This document shows positions 50,899 to 64,000 of a DNA stretch of 64,000 nucleotides, in pieces. The translations under genes and the position numbers were made by a program. The notes under the pieces were generated by a model. It saw nothing but the letters and a program-made list of their open reading frames with translations, did not search any database and was not told where the DNA came from. This DNA is from Camelus ferus (Eukaryota). Location of the stretch: NCBI RefSeq assembly GCF_009834535.1, contig NC_045696.1:100752001-100816000 (forward strand), in the 5' to 3' direction. Every line of letters starts with the position of its first letter. Position 1 is the first letter of the stretch.

Positions 50899-52297
50899 TA
50901 TGCATTGTGTTCTGTTAATGTGCACAAGGGTTTATAAGTTACACAGAGAGACCACAAGTGTGATAAATCATCGCTCATGGTTTTTAAAAATTGAAATCTA
51001 TTTGTGAAGACGAAAATGCACATTAAAAAATCAATGCTGTAAACAGCATGAGCTAAAGGTTTTAAATACAGGTTTAAGAGTTCTGAGATGGGAAAGCAGT
51101 GTGAACAAAGAGGATTCTGGTTTTAGGCAGGTGTGTCATTATAGGACTTCAGAGAAGAACACAGGTTGATAGGAAAGGAGTAAAGGAGTCAGAAAAGCAT
51201 ATTCCTATATTAAATAAATTAAAGAAAAATGCTGATCAGCAGTAAGCAAAGAAACAGGCACTTGGCAAACCATGAAAATAAATCAGGCTTGTCAGCAAAT
51301 TTAAGACTAGCCCTATGTGCTAAGGTGATTGAAAATCAAATTCCGCTTTATGTCAGAATACAAAATGACATGTCACCGGTAAAGACTTTCAGTAGCAGAG
51401 CTCCTAAGCGGTCACCTGGAAGACACCACAGAAGAGTAAACGGCACTTTAAATGCTATTCAATGCAGTTTAAAGTTAATGAAATGGAAGCAGGAAATGTT
51501 ATTTGCCCATCAATCACTGCCAATCTTTCCCACTCCTCCTCCTTGCTTCCCCTTTAAAGTAATTTTTTCCATAATCTTGGGTGAGTTTAGATAAAACTTA
51601 TTTAACTTATATTGGAAAATCCTATAGAGAGGGGAAAAAACCTACAAAATTGAAAACCATCTATGCATAAAAATCTGCACATGAAAATAAAATAAAAAAT
51701 TAATAGACTCCCTTACCATAGAATTTCATGCAGTTTGCATAGATTTATTAAAAATTATAAGTAACTTTAGAAAAAAAGATTAAGAATTGTTGACTTTATT
51801 TTCCATGTTGATAAAACGAATATAACCTATTTACAGTGATTCAGCATTTTAAGGGTTCTCACTAGAGTCTGTAGTTGCATCACTTTATAGAGATGGATAT
51901 ATTATTTGGAGATCATTTCCAAAGATAAATTGTGTGGGTTTCAAGTTATCAAAGAAGTAAAATTATTTTAGATTAAGAAACTTAGCAACAGAATATCTAT
52001 CAATCATGAAAATGTTTAAATAATAAAACACAAGTATGTGCATCTATATATACACAAATATACTTATAAACAAATATGATTGTATATTTATACAGGTATA
52101 TATAACCACAATTCTTTATAAATTGAAATTGGTATTTTTAGATTCCTAAAAAAGCAGGAATTTTAAAAAATGTATAAACTAGACCTTATTTTTAAAAGAC
52201 GCTATTAATAGAGTGAAATGGCAATTCCCAAGAGGAAATTTTTATAATACATAAATCCAAAGTAGGACCTATATCCAGAATATACATATATATGTAT

Positions 52298-52490
52298 TTG
52301 TTTTTATTGACGTATAGTTGGTTTACAATGTGGTATTCATTTCTGGTGTACAGCATAGTGATTCAGTTATACATATGTATATATTCCCTTTCATCTTCTT
52401 TTTCATTATAAGCTATTACAAGATATTGAATATAGTTCTCTGTGCTATACAGTAGGATCTTGTTGTTTATCTATTTTATATACGGTAATT
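52298..52490 (-). mobile_element. Artiodactyl-type L1 3' end
   Basis: tttttattgacgtatagttggtttacaatgt..ctggtgtacagcatagtgattcagttatac..aagatattgaatatagtt..gtgctatacagtagga. Confidence 0.9.
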
Positions 52491-52634
52491 AGAATAAAGA
52501 AAGCAATAATTTTGATTAACTCCAACTTCATTCTCTTAGGCATGGAACAGTAATCTATTTCACAACTGTGTGGGTCATGGAGAGAATTTTCAAAGAATAT
52601 GCTGGCGTCTCACAGAGCCAGAGTAAATACTACT

Positions 52635-52775
52635 ACAGGCAGTGCTGAGGCGGAGGTCTAGAACTGGGCTGGGGCTCGAGCGAGCGGCCGTGCTCTGTCT
52701 GGCTCAGCAGCACCATGTCCCAGTGTCAGCACCGTGCCTCGGTTTCCAATGAGAAAATGAATGAGGACTCTAGAA
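52635..52775 (+). mobile_element. MIR3/MIRc-like SINE, unusually CpG-rich
   Basis: agaactgggctgggg...tctggctcagc...gtgcctcggtttcc..aaaatga..ctag follows the MIR layout. Confidence 0.5.
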
Positions 52776-53130
52776 AACGGTAAGAAGCCAAAGCGCTTTC
52801 TGGACTTGAGACTCTCCTGCCTGCTTTACTTTGTAAGCTTGCTCCAGTATTCCATCATTCTCTCTGGAGACTGATTCATACCTACAGCACACAGTTAAAC
52901 ATTTTAAAAATTGAGCACCTAGCTTGTTTCTGACTTTGTGGTTTTGATAGGAGAAATACTTAAGAATTATATAGCTCTGGGGCCTGAAACAATACAAGGC
53001 AGAGCAGACACAACAGCTGCTGTATATCAACGAAGATGAGACAGAATGACCATCCAGTGTCATGCACCAGTGTCTGAGAGCTGAACCAGAAGCATAGCCC
53101 AGGCAGAAATCGTAGGATAAGCAACTGGAA

Positions 53131-53320
53131 CAGGACGTGCAACCTTTTCCTTAAATGGCAAGATAGTAAATATTTTAACTTCATAAAGCACATATATGGT
53201 CCCTGTCACATATTCTTTTGTTCTATTTTATAAGCTTTTGAAAATGTTAAAAAATATTCTCAGTTCCAGGGCAATGCAAACACAGACTACAGGTCAAAGA
53301 GAACCACAGATCGGCTGCCT
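53131..53320. mobile_element. MER58C-like hAT element
   Basis: cagg..gtgcaaccttttccttaaatggcaagatagtaaatatttta...ggtccctgtcacatattct...tttgaaaatgttaaaaaatattctcag. Confidence 0.75.
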
Positions 53321-53429
53321 GTAATTTAGTTAAAGACTCAGATCTTGCTAACCACCCTGAGTCAAAGGCAGGAAAGGAAAAGACTAAAATGCCTGCTTCC
53401 CTGGGGCTTCAAAAACTCCACGTGACACT

Positions 53430-54068
53430 GTGCTGTGCTGGGGGAGGTTTAACAATTGTCTTAAAAAGAAATGAATAAAATAATAACTAGAGAAAATAAA
53501 ATAATTAAAACCTAGTTGTTAATGTTTGCCAATTTTATTATTTGTGTCATCAAAAATTCACTGACATGTTGGCGTCAACGCCACCAGTTCAACATAGGAC
53601 TCTGTCAAATTTTCAGGAGTTTTACAAGCCAGTAAACTGTTGTGGGAATATTTCTACCACAATAATTGACACACATGACAAATCAGATCTTTTTTCTTCT
53701 GAAGAACTGGTTGACAGACATTTCCCATCACACCAACCAAAACACTCACCATGGATGATTTTAAGCTACAGGCTGACATCACTGACTGTGGAGTTGGAAA
53801 GTTATGCACTGCAGTATGTCATTACATAGTATTTACACCATACAGATGCAACTGGCAAGAATAGCCTGAACAAGACAGGTAACAAAAAATTGTAGTAAAA
53901 TCATTAGGAGGTGGTAAATTTTGGGTACTTATTGCTCATTTTCAGTGTAATTTATTTTATTATGGTTCATAGAATTTAATTTATATGAATGCCTGTTTAC
54001 CAACTGGCTGCCAAAAAGTCCTGAAAATTTAGTAGTTTATTCTGGAGAATTGGTATGAGCTACCACTA
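53430..54068. mobile_element. MER63-like hAT-Blackjack element
   Basis: tgtgctgg..ggtttaacaa, tgacatcactga..ggagttgg, tagtatttacaccatacagat, tgtagtaaaatcattagga and tcctgaaaattta. Confidence 0.8.
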
Positions 54069-55676
54069 AACGCTCGTGGTCTATAAAGAAGATAAAGGGG
54101 CCCTTTTCACAAGAGACTTTGTGAGGACTGAAGTACAAGAGGAGTTATTCAGCACCTAGGGTTTGAATTTCTGCCCCAATAAAGCTTGACTTTAGCAGCA
54201 TGAAAATGTCTGACGGGAACACTTTAGGGTGGGCACGGACAAGAGGAAAAAGAAAACAAAAGAAAAATATTTGCCTGAGAAATAATTGGAAGGGAAGGTG
54301 TTTTGGAAGGAAAAGGAGTTGGGTGGGAGTTCTAAGCATTTTTACTTGTGTAGATGGGGGAAGCAGTCAGTAATATTAGGATTTGAAAGCTAGTATGAAT
54401 GCATTGCTATTCTAAGCTATGTAGGCTTATGGATATTTGGGTTTATCTAAAGGATATTTTATAGTTTACACAGATCTTTTCCTTACATATTTTTATGCCT
54501 ATTAGTTAAATGAAAATACAGTTCAAAAAGGCTAAGTGACTTGTGCATGGCAAGAAACTTGTGTCTTTTGGGAAAAACAACTTCCTGCCAACTCTTCTTT
54601 TAACTAGTCTTCTTCAAAATTTATTTTGAGCTATGACAAATTGAAACTGATGTTATTGAAGTCTCTCAAGACAATTGCAGTGTTTTGCTTTTTATTTTTT
54701 CCCCGTGTCCTGAATAAAAGCTTGCAGCAAAATTCCTTAATGAAACTGGATGCAATCTAAGAAAGATGAATACAACAGAGCAGTTCAGAAAGCAAAAATG
54801 TTTCTACAGGCACCATGCCGAATGCAACCAGATTATTGCCACTGTCTGATTCAATTTGATAAGGGAAGAAGCTATGGCAATGACCCGTAACAAGTAGCTG
54901 AAAAAGTGACTTCTAAAGACTCATTCCACCTGATAGTTTTTCCTATTAAAAACAGGCATGAGTATCTATCAAATTTTTGGTGACTCCAGACAGTATTTCC
55001 TGGAAAACTGGGTATTGGACAGTCGCTGTGACATGGAAACAGATATTAGACATATGAATTAAGTATAGCAGGAATGTACGATACTATGATATATACAAAG
55101 TAAAACAAAACAAAGAAACCTCCAGGGAAAGAGATTCACTGTCCTTTAATAGCCAATTTTAGTATCTGGCACTTCTCTTAGCAGAAAGTCCTATCTCAGA
55201 TTAATTCAGTTGTCAGCCTCATTGAGGTTGGTGAGAACATGTGTTGGTTAAACATATATTCCCCCTTCCCTTGGAAGAACATTATTAACTGTCTACCATG
55301 GAATTATTTGTAAATAATTCCATTTTATGTAACATTAGCAGATCTCACCCAAATTTCTTTGAAGCTTGAAGAACTCTTGGATATAGGCTTAATTTCCCAT
55401 TTTGAAGGAATATCAATTGTATTATCTTTTTTAGATCATACTTAGGCAATTTTTCCCTCAATCTTCTTGTGAAACATATAATATATATTGATCACCATCC
55501 ATTATTTTCAATTTTATAAACAAATGGTAATGTTTTATCAGAAGTTTCCTCATTTCTTGTCCCATTTCCTTAGATAAGTGAATTATTTGTGTTACTTTTA
55601 TTTTTTACTTCAAATATATTCTGAAAAGATAAGTAAGAACAATGGGAGAAAAACAGAATAGTTGATACTTTAAAAA

Positions 55677-55831
55677 AATTTCATTATATTCAGTTCTTTT
55701 TAAAAAAAATTTTTCGGGGTGGATAATTAGGCTTATTTATTCATTTATTTTTAGAGGATGTGCTGGGGATTGAACCCAGGACACCTCGTACATGCTAAGC
55801 ATGCGTTCTGCCACTGAGCTGTATCCTCCCC
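55677..55831 (-). mobile_element. tRNA-Ala-derived camelid SINE (vic-1-like)
   Basis: gataattaggctt...gtgctggggattgaacccagga..cctcgtacatgctaagcatgcgttctgccactgagctgtatcctcccc; imperfect TSD agttgatacttt / agttgatccttt. Confidence 0.92.
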
Positions 55832-56345
55832 TACAGTTGATCCTTTTAAAAGTGTTATTCTGCAGCATTTTAGGTGCTTGTAAGAGTATAACGAAATATA
55901 GAATGTTCAGTCCTTATAAAGCAATTTTCCATAGAATCTTCAAAGACTGGATCAGCACTTGGCATTTTAATCTTTATCTAATGACAACATTTAAAAATAT
56001 TGGCTGCTTCATATGAAATAATTTTAAATCTGTATAAAACATGTGTTTAGACAACATGTCAAATGCACAGCAAGTTCCAGTGTATTAAAATCCTATATAT
56101 ATTGATTTCTTGTACACAACTGAAAAATTATAGGGCAAAGTAATGTATTTGTAAACAATCGACCAAGTTCATAATAAGTGAACTGAGGGAACTGACTATG
56201 TATATCTTATAAGCAATAATTTTATTCAGTGAATGTATCCTATTTATATAATATAGATTCCAGAGTACTCTAGGTTAACCCTGGAAAATTGGCTATTGTG
56301 CAGTGACTGGGTCTTGGAAACTGACAGTAAAGGAAGCTTTAGGTA

Positions 56346-56725
56346 TTTTTTTTTACATTTTTTTTTATTGATTTATAGTCAGTTTACAATGTTGTGTCAA
56401 TTTCTAGTGTAGAGCACAATTTTTCAGTTATACATCAACATACATATATTCATTGTCACATTTTCTTTTGCTGTGAGCTACCACAAGATCTTGTATATAT
56501 TTCCCTATGCTATACAGTATAATCTTGTTTAACTATTCCGTATATGTCTGTCAGTATCTACAAATTTCGAACTCCCAGTCTGTCCCTTCCCATCCCCTCC
56601 CACTTGGCAACCACAAGTTTGTATTCTATGTCTATGAGTCTGTTTCTGTTTTGTATTTATGTTCATTTTAAAAAAATTTTTTTTTAGATTCCACATATGA
56701 GCAATCTCATATGGTGTTTTTCTCT
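56346..56725 (-). mobile_element. Camelid-type L1 3' end, 5'-truncated
   Basis: T-tract, ttattgatttatagtcagtttacaatgttgtgtcaatttct, gtgagctaccacaagatcttg, ttggcaaccacaagtttgtattctatgtc and ttagattccacatatgag. Confidence 0.92.
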
Positions 56726-58336
56726 ATGTTCATCAGAAAAAGCACATATTTAAACCAAATATCTTTAAATTAAATTTCCTGAGTTCAAAATCACTCCAGC
56801 CTCAAGAAATGCTATTTAAATGTTTCCACTATTTTCCATCAGCTTTCAGATAACCCACAGAGCTTAAAGATCTATGGTTTTATAAATTTCAAAAACAAAG
56901 ATAACAAAGCTCACTGCATTATTTCGAATATTCTTTACAGTGTTTGTCCTAATGCAAGTTAGATTGCAAGTAGACACTCTTAATTCCCTGGCTAATAATA
57001 AATTTTATTTTACTATTTTTAAAACCAAAGTCCTAGCTACAATAAAGTATAAAACATGGAAAGCATCAAATATGCTAATAAAACTGATTTTTTTTGTTTT
57101 TAATTTCATTTATATAAATTGGTTTTCTAATACCTAAATGATTTTGAGCATTATCATTTTTTTTTCTGTAAGGGTGTATCTCCCCCAAATTATATCTATG
57201 TAAAAATGTTCTATTTTCATTTTCATCTTATATTCATAATAAATTTGTAACTAGTGTGAATATTAAGTAATTTGATTACATTTTAATAAGACCCATAGGA
57301 ATCTAAAATCAAATGTTGCCAAACATTTTTCCATTTTAGTAAACATAGATAAAGTAGCTTTGTAAAGCTCCTTTCATTAGGAAGTTTTCCATTCCAGAAA
57401 GAGAAAGTGTAATATTTTTCCTCTTCTTTGACTCAAAATCTAGCTATTTTTATAATTTTTTTTCTAAAATAGTCTTATGTCTTTTAATAGTGTTTTTAAT
57501 TTTGAATTATGCAGTTCAACTTCTATTATGGTTGTACATTTTTGATATACTCTAAGCATGGAATTCATTAAAAACCTCCATCATGTGCATAGGAGACAGT
57601 GGCTAGAGAAAGAAGGCACACAAGGGTGTTTAGGGAATGATCAACACTGGATCTGGTGACATGGCTGATGTAAGGTGGTAAGTAAGAAGCTCAAAGCAGG
57701 GCCATGATCAAAAAGGTACAATGTCAGAAGAGAATAGGGCTAAATTTTATTAAATACCAGTGATTCAGTCTGTCAGGATTATTTAGGTCAGAGTGATATT
57801 AATTGACAGAGATGAGGGCCATCAAGAAAAACTTATGAGAGGAGTTGTGATTAAAGGTGATCCCCAAAGGACAGTAGGAATTTGTACAGGGTAGGACAGT
57901 GGGAGGACTTCCTGTGTGTGAGATCAGTAATTGATTAATAAGCAATCATTTAGTGGACAGCATATGAGATTATAAAGTGGGTAGTGAGGAATTTTATTAA
58001 GGTAACAAAATATATGAACCTCTCCCTTGTTTGGAAAATGGGACTCTATATAGACACTTAAGAATGAAAGTCGTTATTCGCTGAAGAACAAAGCACAATC
58101 TGCTTGAAACAGAGAATCACAGAATCACAGAAATTTATGATAGTCAGGGACTTTAAAGTGTATTTAAATAAACCCTTTTATTTTACAGGCATTAAAACTG
58201 AGCCTAGAAAGATAATAGAGTTACATTTCCCATAATAACCATGAATGGTTCACACAAAAGGTCTGTAACATATGAAGCAACTCAGGGAGGTGCTTCAGCA
58301 CATGGGGTTTGGGGTTGCACTCCCTGGGTTGGATTC

Positions 58337-58770
58337 TGTGATAGGATGAACTGGCCCCCTAAAAATGCCCACATCCTAATCCCCAGAACCTCTGACTAAT
58401 TTACTTCACATGGTAAGTTAAAGATCTTGAGATGAAGGTATTATCCTGAATTATCTGGGTAGGACCAATGTAGTCACAAGGGTCCTTACAAGAGGGAAGC
58501 AAAAGGGTTACATTTGCAGGAGGAAATGTGACAAGACCAAGACATTGGAGTGTTGTCAACAAGGGGCCACAACCGAAGGGAGACAGGTGGCTGCTAGAAG
58601 AAGAAAAAGGCAAGAAAACTGATGCTTTCCTGAAGCTTCTAGAGGAACACAACTTTACCAACGTTTGATTTTAGACTTTGGAACTTTAGAACTGTACGAG
58701 AACAAATTTGTTTTGTTTTAAGCCACAGAGTTTGTGGTCATTGGTTACAGCAGCCAAAGGAAACTAATAT
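58337..58770 (+). mobile_element. MLT1D-like LTR inserted into a MIR
   Basis: tgtgataggatgaa.tggccccc..cacatcctaatccccagaacct, ttatcctgaattatctgggt and gttacagcagccaaaggaaactaata. Confidence 0.88.
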
Positions 58771-58904
58771 GGTACCCCAGGTGCTGGTGGGGATGGCCAC
58801 CCCAGCATAACAAGGAGCCCAGGGAGTCTGGAGTGTGCTGCGCTGGTAACATGGACCCCACCCAGCACAGCCTCTGTGTGCCCCAGTCCTGTGAACTGCT
58901 CTAA

Positions 58905-59070
58905 GGGGCTCTTCCCAGTGGGTTATCTTCACAAGTTACTTAACCATTTTGTGCTTCAGTTTCTTTACCTATAATGTAAAGATAAAACTTACTTTAAAAT
59001 TTAACAAGTTACTCTTTATAAACTACTTGGAAAAGTTAAGACTTGTATGGGCATTCATCAAATGCATGAG
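58905..59070 (+). mobile_element. MIR 3' part (5' part at about 58285-58336)
   Basis: caagttacttaaccattttgtgcttcagtttctttacctataa core. Confidence 0.65.
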
Positions 59071-59849
59071 TACTTCCTGGTAATTTGAGGGTACATTTTA
59101 TTGTCTAAAAATATATGTTAAATATAATACTACAAGATTACTGCTTTCTTAGTCTTGATTCAAGCTGTTGGTTAAACGCTATGTTATTTCATCTGTCATA
59201 TTTGTAGGACATTGCATTAGACCAGTATCATAGAAATGATTAGAGTACAATTATATAAAGTTTAGCATTCTGTAAATAAACCCTGTAAAAAAAAATCCTT
59301 AAAATTTGCCTTGAAAAGGAAAACAAACAAAAAAGAATAATTTATGTGATTGTGCATTAGTGAGACCTAAATATTATTTTCTTTCTTCTTTCCTTCTTGT
59401 TTGTCTGCTTGCCTGGTTATTTGTCCTCCTCTCCTAAGACTATCTTATGCTCTATCCTGGATCCATCCTTCCTTCCTTCCTTTTAACATATAATTATTTG
59501 GCTTGGCATGTAGAGGATATGTAAATCATAGTTTGGCATTATGACAACATGCAGGCTATGGTTCTGAAGATGTTAGAGGGGTACTCGCCAAGCCAGATGA
59601 AATGACCCAATCAGAAGAGTAAGGGAACTATTATTCAGAAACAGTCATACAAATTCTTTGAAGCTACTTCTATTTGGGCAACACCTCTCCACTACTGTTC
59701 CACAGCTGGAGGTGGGAACAGCTAACAGTTCTATCTCACAGTGACACATCTGCTTAATGAGCAGGGACCAAGTAGGAGAAGTACCCTCTGGTCTTCTTGG
59801 CTTGCCTCTCTGACAAGAAATCTTCGTCTTATGAGTGAGCTGGAGCAAA

Positions 59850-60316
59850 GGTCATTGAAACTCCAATATTTACAAGCTACCTGCCTGGGTAAAGCTTCTG
59901 CTCTACCTGTGTGGGTTGGGTGGAGGAAGAGAGCTTCAGACATATCCAACGTTTCTGTTGAAACCCAGCTTCTGCCATATGGGGCTTAAGAGGGTGAGAA
60001 ATTCTGGCGGTGTGTTCTACCAGTGAGATACCATATCCTTGCCTGGGAGCTGGAGGAGCAGGAACCCTGTTTTCTTGGATGTACCCACCTAGAGTGGAAC
60101 TTCCATCATTTTGAGCTGGGGTCGGGGTAGCAAGTGGGTCATGGTGCAAATGCCACAGGCTTTTTGTGACTGAGACTTAGTAGATTATCTTGGATAAATA
60201 TTTCTTCATTTGCTGTATGTATAACTCTTTGAGAATTTCTAGTTTTAATTTTTTAAAAATAATTTTTACTGATTATGGTTGTCTTGCTGGGGAGAGATGT
60301 TACCATTCTGGAAGTC
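59850..60316 (-). mobile_element. Old L1M 5'UTR fragment
   Basis: tagattatcttggataaatatttcttcatttgctgtatg...ttgctggggagag...ccattctggaagtc, the antisense L1M 5' tip. Confidence 0.6.
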
Positions 60317-61754
60317 ATGTAGCATTTTGTTTGTTTGTTTTTCAAATAAGTGCATTTTACACATACATTAAATTTGTGGATGTATCTTCAACTTCTATAC
60401 ATTCACTAGAAGTTAAAACTTAAATTAGCTTAGGAAAAGTACACAATTTTAGTTCAGCACTAAGTAGGAATTTGATAATGGAAATAAGAACAAAATATGA
60501 AAGAGGGCAGAAGGCGGCTCTAGATAGAAGCAATGACAGAAATAATAGATTTAAATACTGATATAGCTATATAAACTCCAACTGTTAAGTGTCACGTGAA
60601 AATGTATTCAATATGGTAAACACATAACTGTCTCCATTTTGCCAGTTCGAATAAAAAATAATGTGGAGATAACAGGAACATACAAGAGATTCATGCTCCA
60701 AGAATATTTGATCTACCTTTCCTTATAGTAGTTTTTAATTCTGTGCTCATTGTTTATTTCCTTTTTAGAAGCAGCTCTTCATGTTGTTAAAAAATAAAAG
60801 TTAGATGATGAGGTGTTAATTCAGATTTAATATGATTATCTGAGGTTATATTAATTCCATTGTTCAAGATTTAAATCAAATACAAAATGTATTCATTTGA
60901 AAGACACGTCATGATAAATGTCTGAATATGTAAAAGACTAGAGAAAGCTGTAAACAGGAGGTATATTCAAAGAAGAATTTACCTGAAATCCGTCCTCCTA
61001 CTGTTCATATCCTGGAGGCAATGGTAAAAATGATACCTTGAAAATTGTCATAGAATACTGTACCAGACATTTATTATTTTGATAAATATTTTATTCTACT
61101 TATCCATCCTTATTTCTTTATTTCAAATTTTGTTTTCTTAATATTTGCCTTGTAAAAGTTTAATGTCCCCATTTTCTCTGGCCTACTAAATTAACCTTGT
61201 ACATATTGCATCGCAGTCTGTTTCCTGAGTTCTCTATTATCTTCAACTTAGACTACATTAATTATTTTCTATTTAAAACAAGATCAATGTTTTCAATTCC
61301 TCATTGCCCCTTGAATAGCATGCATTGCATCAGCCAACCAATTTACATGTTCTGCCTATGACTTCTGGTGTTCTCTCACTCTAAATTGCAAACAGCGAAT
61401 TACTTTTCTGCTAAGGAACCCATGAGGTTTCTGCTCTATTTTTAAATTTTCACTCTTAAGACAATTTCTTCTTTGGTAAAACGTGTATGATTGGGAAATT
61501 GCTCTTCTCTCTGTACTGTATGTGAACTATGTTATAATCTAATGAATTTATCCCAGCAATTTGATTCAGAAACAAACAAATCACTAAAAGGTGTATTTTT
61601 AAATACTTTAAAGTGATATTCTAATCATAATTAATTAATTGCTTGAAGAGACTTTTTTTCTTTCTAAATAGTTTGGAATGAAGTTTTTAAAATATGTTTA
61701 TAACTGTATAAATACCTACTATATTATAAATTTTGATTTAAAGTGACTCTACAT

Positions 61755-62090
61755 TTAATAGCAAATATTTATCGAGTGCTAATATATGTCAGAGACACTG
61801 CAAAACACTTCGTGTGTATTAGCTAAATAATCTTCAAGCAACTTTATAAGGTATTATTATTTTTTATTTTTGTTGTGTTTTTAAAATTTATTTAGCAAAC
61901 ACTTATGTAGCATTTACAGTATGTCAGAAACTATTTGAAATAAAAATGTATTATGTGGTTTTTGCAAAGAATCCTTTGAGGTATAGAAAGATTATGTAAA
62001 TTATCCAAGGACATACAGCAAGGGAGGAGTCAGAATTTAGTATAAGATGATGACTATGAATTCGACATATTACCAACCCCACTACATTAT
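61755..62090 (-). mobile_element. Two adjacent or nested MIR fragments
   Basis: atagcaaatatttatcgagtgctaatatatgtcag and tagcaaacacttatgtagcatttacagtatgtcag, then tccaaggacatacagc. Confidence 0.65.
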
Positions 62091-63647
62091 AGCATAGTTT
62101 AGCAAAGATCCTAATAACAATTATCAATGACATCCTGTAGTGGAAAACAGTTTATTTGTGACTGTCCTTGCTAAATATGTATTTTAAAAAGCAAATTTAA
62201 ACTGTTAAAAAGAGTTTATAAGAATATAAACTAAAGGAAGGAGCGTCAAGAGTATATGAGGATACCTTGAGCTACTAGCAGGGAGAGTAACCCAAGGGGA
62301 AGACTGGGAACAGGAATGAGGGATTTACTTCCACCATCCTGCAAGGGTTTTTTTTTTGGTTTTTTTTTTTTGCCTCTTTTTCTATGGGATAGATCACTCA
62401 CATATATGTTATAGGCAATTCATTTGATCTCCATAATTAAATAGTTAACTCTTTGGCTTTTAATTCTGTGGGAACTTCTATCATCGTTGCTCAAATAGGA
62501 AGTTTACTTTGCGGCTTAAGGATGACTTGACGTGTCCTCCATGTCAAAGCCTGGCCCTAAATTAGGATCTTAGAAAATGAGACCTTGAAAGACAAAGTAT
62601 ATGGTATCTCTCCAAGTTGTTGGTCATTATGAGGATAAGGGTTACAGCCTTTGGTGAGATCATAAGATCTGCTCCTCTACCCTGAAATCAATACCATACC
62701 CTTATTCATCATGCATTTGATTTTTCTTTTTTTAGCTCCTTGTTGGTTAAACCTGACATTAAAACATGAGCCATACTTAAATAAGGTTTATGAAGAGGGG
62801 AGAAAGTTAAACTAGGAAACAAGCGTCTAGTACAGTGTTACCACTGCTGAATCTCTCTCATCTTTCTCAAACCCAAGGGGCCTCTCCAATACAAATGTTT
62901 TATCCTCGATCTGTAGACAGCTTAGTTATTGTATTCAGTTAATAGACAGATTTCCAGATTTCCATGCTGCCAGGGGCAACAGTCAATTCTAGCCACGAAT
63001 AACGATTTTTCAGACTGCAGGTAACTTTAAAGTCACCTAAATCAGCTAACCCATTTCTCATAGGGCCACTTTGATTCGAGCTAACTCCACAAGAGCCTTA
63101 TCATCTCCTGTCCTGGTCAATTCCCAGGTTAACTGTTCAGCAAACCATCTAAGTTTCTGACAAAGTAATAAAAAAATATTCCTGAGAAATGAAGGCAGAC
63201 TTTTTTGTTAGATTATGTTATATATAATTGTGTATGTTTATTATTCTAATGCAAAATTGAAAGAAAAATGCAAAGACCCACATTGGTAAATAGCCATTAG
63301 GGCGATATGATTTACATAAGAGGAAATTTCATGTCTTTGGTATACAAAGTCAAAAAAATACCGAAACTTGAGAAAAATTTAAAATTTAAATTAAAACAAC
63401 GAGGTTAATCTTATTGGCTTCTTAAATAAGTAAATAATTTTGGGAAAATAATATATGAAAGAGAAAGAGTTTGAGCACATTTTTAGAGGTAAACATTGCA
63501 ATAGTATTTCTGGAAATCATTTAATAATATATGTCAGAAATCACTAAAGGCCTTATAACTGTTAAACTGATATGTTGATTATGAAAATATAAAAGGAGAA
63601 AATAATAATATACAAGAATGTTTATTCCAGAAGTTCTATAATCCAAA

Positions 63648-63745
63648 TATTAGCAAGTATTTATTGAGAACTTACAATGTACCAGATACTGTGCTAATGT
63701 GGTGTATATGTTATTTTATTTAATTCTACATATAACTCTCAAAGC
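63648..63745 (-). mobile_element. MIR 3' part
   Basis: tatttattgagaacttacaatgtaccagatactgtgctaa...tttaattct. Confidence 0.7.
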
Positions 63746-64000
63746 TGGACACTATGAGATATAGCAATCTAGAATATGTTTTATTTATGTATTATTATAT
63801 ATTTATTTATGCTTTTAAGGCAACATACAACAGAAATAATATGACATTTGTGTTTTATTTATATATACAATCCAAAGGCTAATAATACAGGTAATAGTAT
63901 TAGGTGAAGAGATTATCTCTGATTTTTTTCCTTCAAAATATTCTTTAGTATTTTGACATTATCTTTCCCCTGCCCTTGCTACAAAGGTGCAATGTTGTAC

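Noticed and set aside
51229..51594. Longest ORF (121 aa)
   Set aside because: No recognisable homology or coding-like composition; compatible with chance in 64 kb. The non-repeat DNA here might still be conserved non-coding sequence.
52703..52740. Canonical REST/RE1 site
   Set aside because: Only left half-sites (CAGCACC); the GGACAG right half is missing.

Overview
AT-rich, CpG-depleted mammalian nuclear DNA, intergenic or deep-intronic. It is most likely from a camelid (alpaca, llama or camel): five copies of a tRNA-Ala(AGC)-derived SINE resemble the camelid vic-1 family, and there are camelid/artiodactyl-type L1 3' ends. I cannot support any protein-coding gene, functional RNA gene, CRISPR array or prokaryotic system. 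The only recognisable ORF-track peptides are decayed LINE-1 ORF2 fragments; the rest are microsatellite translations or chance ORFs. The window is a layered record of transposable elements: ancient L2/MIR, hAT DNA transposons (MER58, MER63, MER5), MaLR and other LTRs, L1M fragments, and younger lineage-specific insertions. The most notable observations are (1) an intact, CpG-rich 687-bp solo LTR with a perfect 6-bp target-site duplication (TSD; class II/ERVK-like) and a 4x15-bp tandem array at its 5' end, (2) an ~83-bp poly(A)-tailed orphan insertion flanked by a 13/14-bp TSD whose body matches no repeat I recognise, (3) CpG-rich patches lying on very old repeats, and (4) a degenerate ~40-bp minisatellite. 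Subfamily names come from recalled consensus sequences, not a database search, and boundaries of old elements are approximate.
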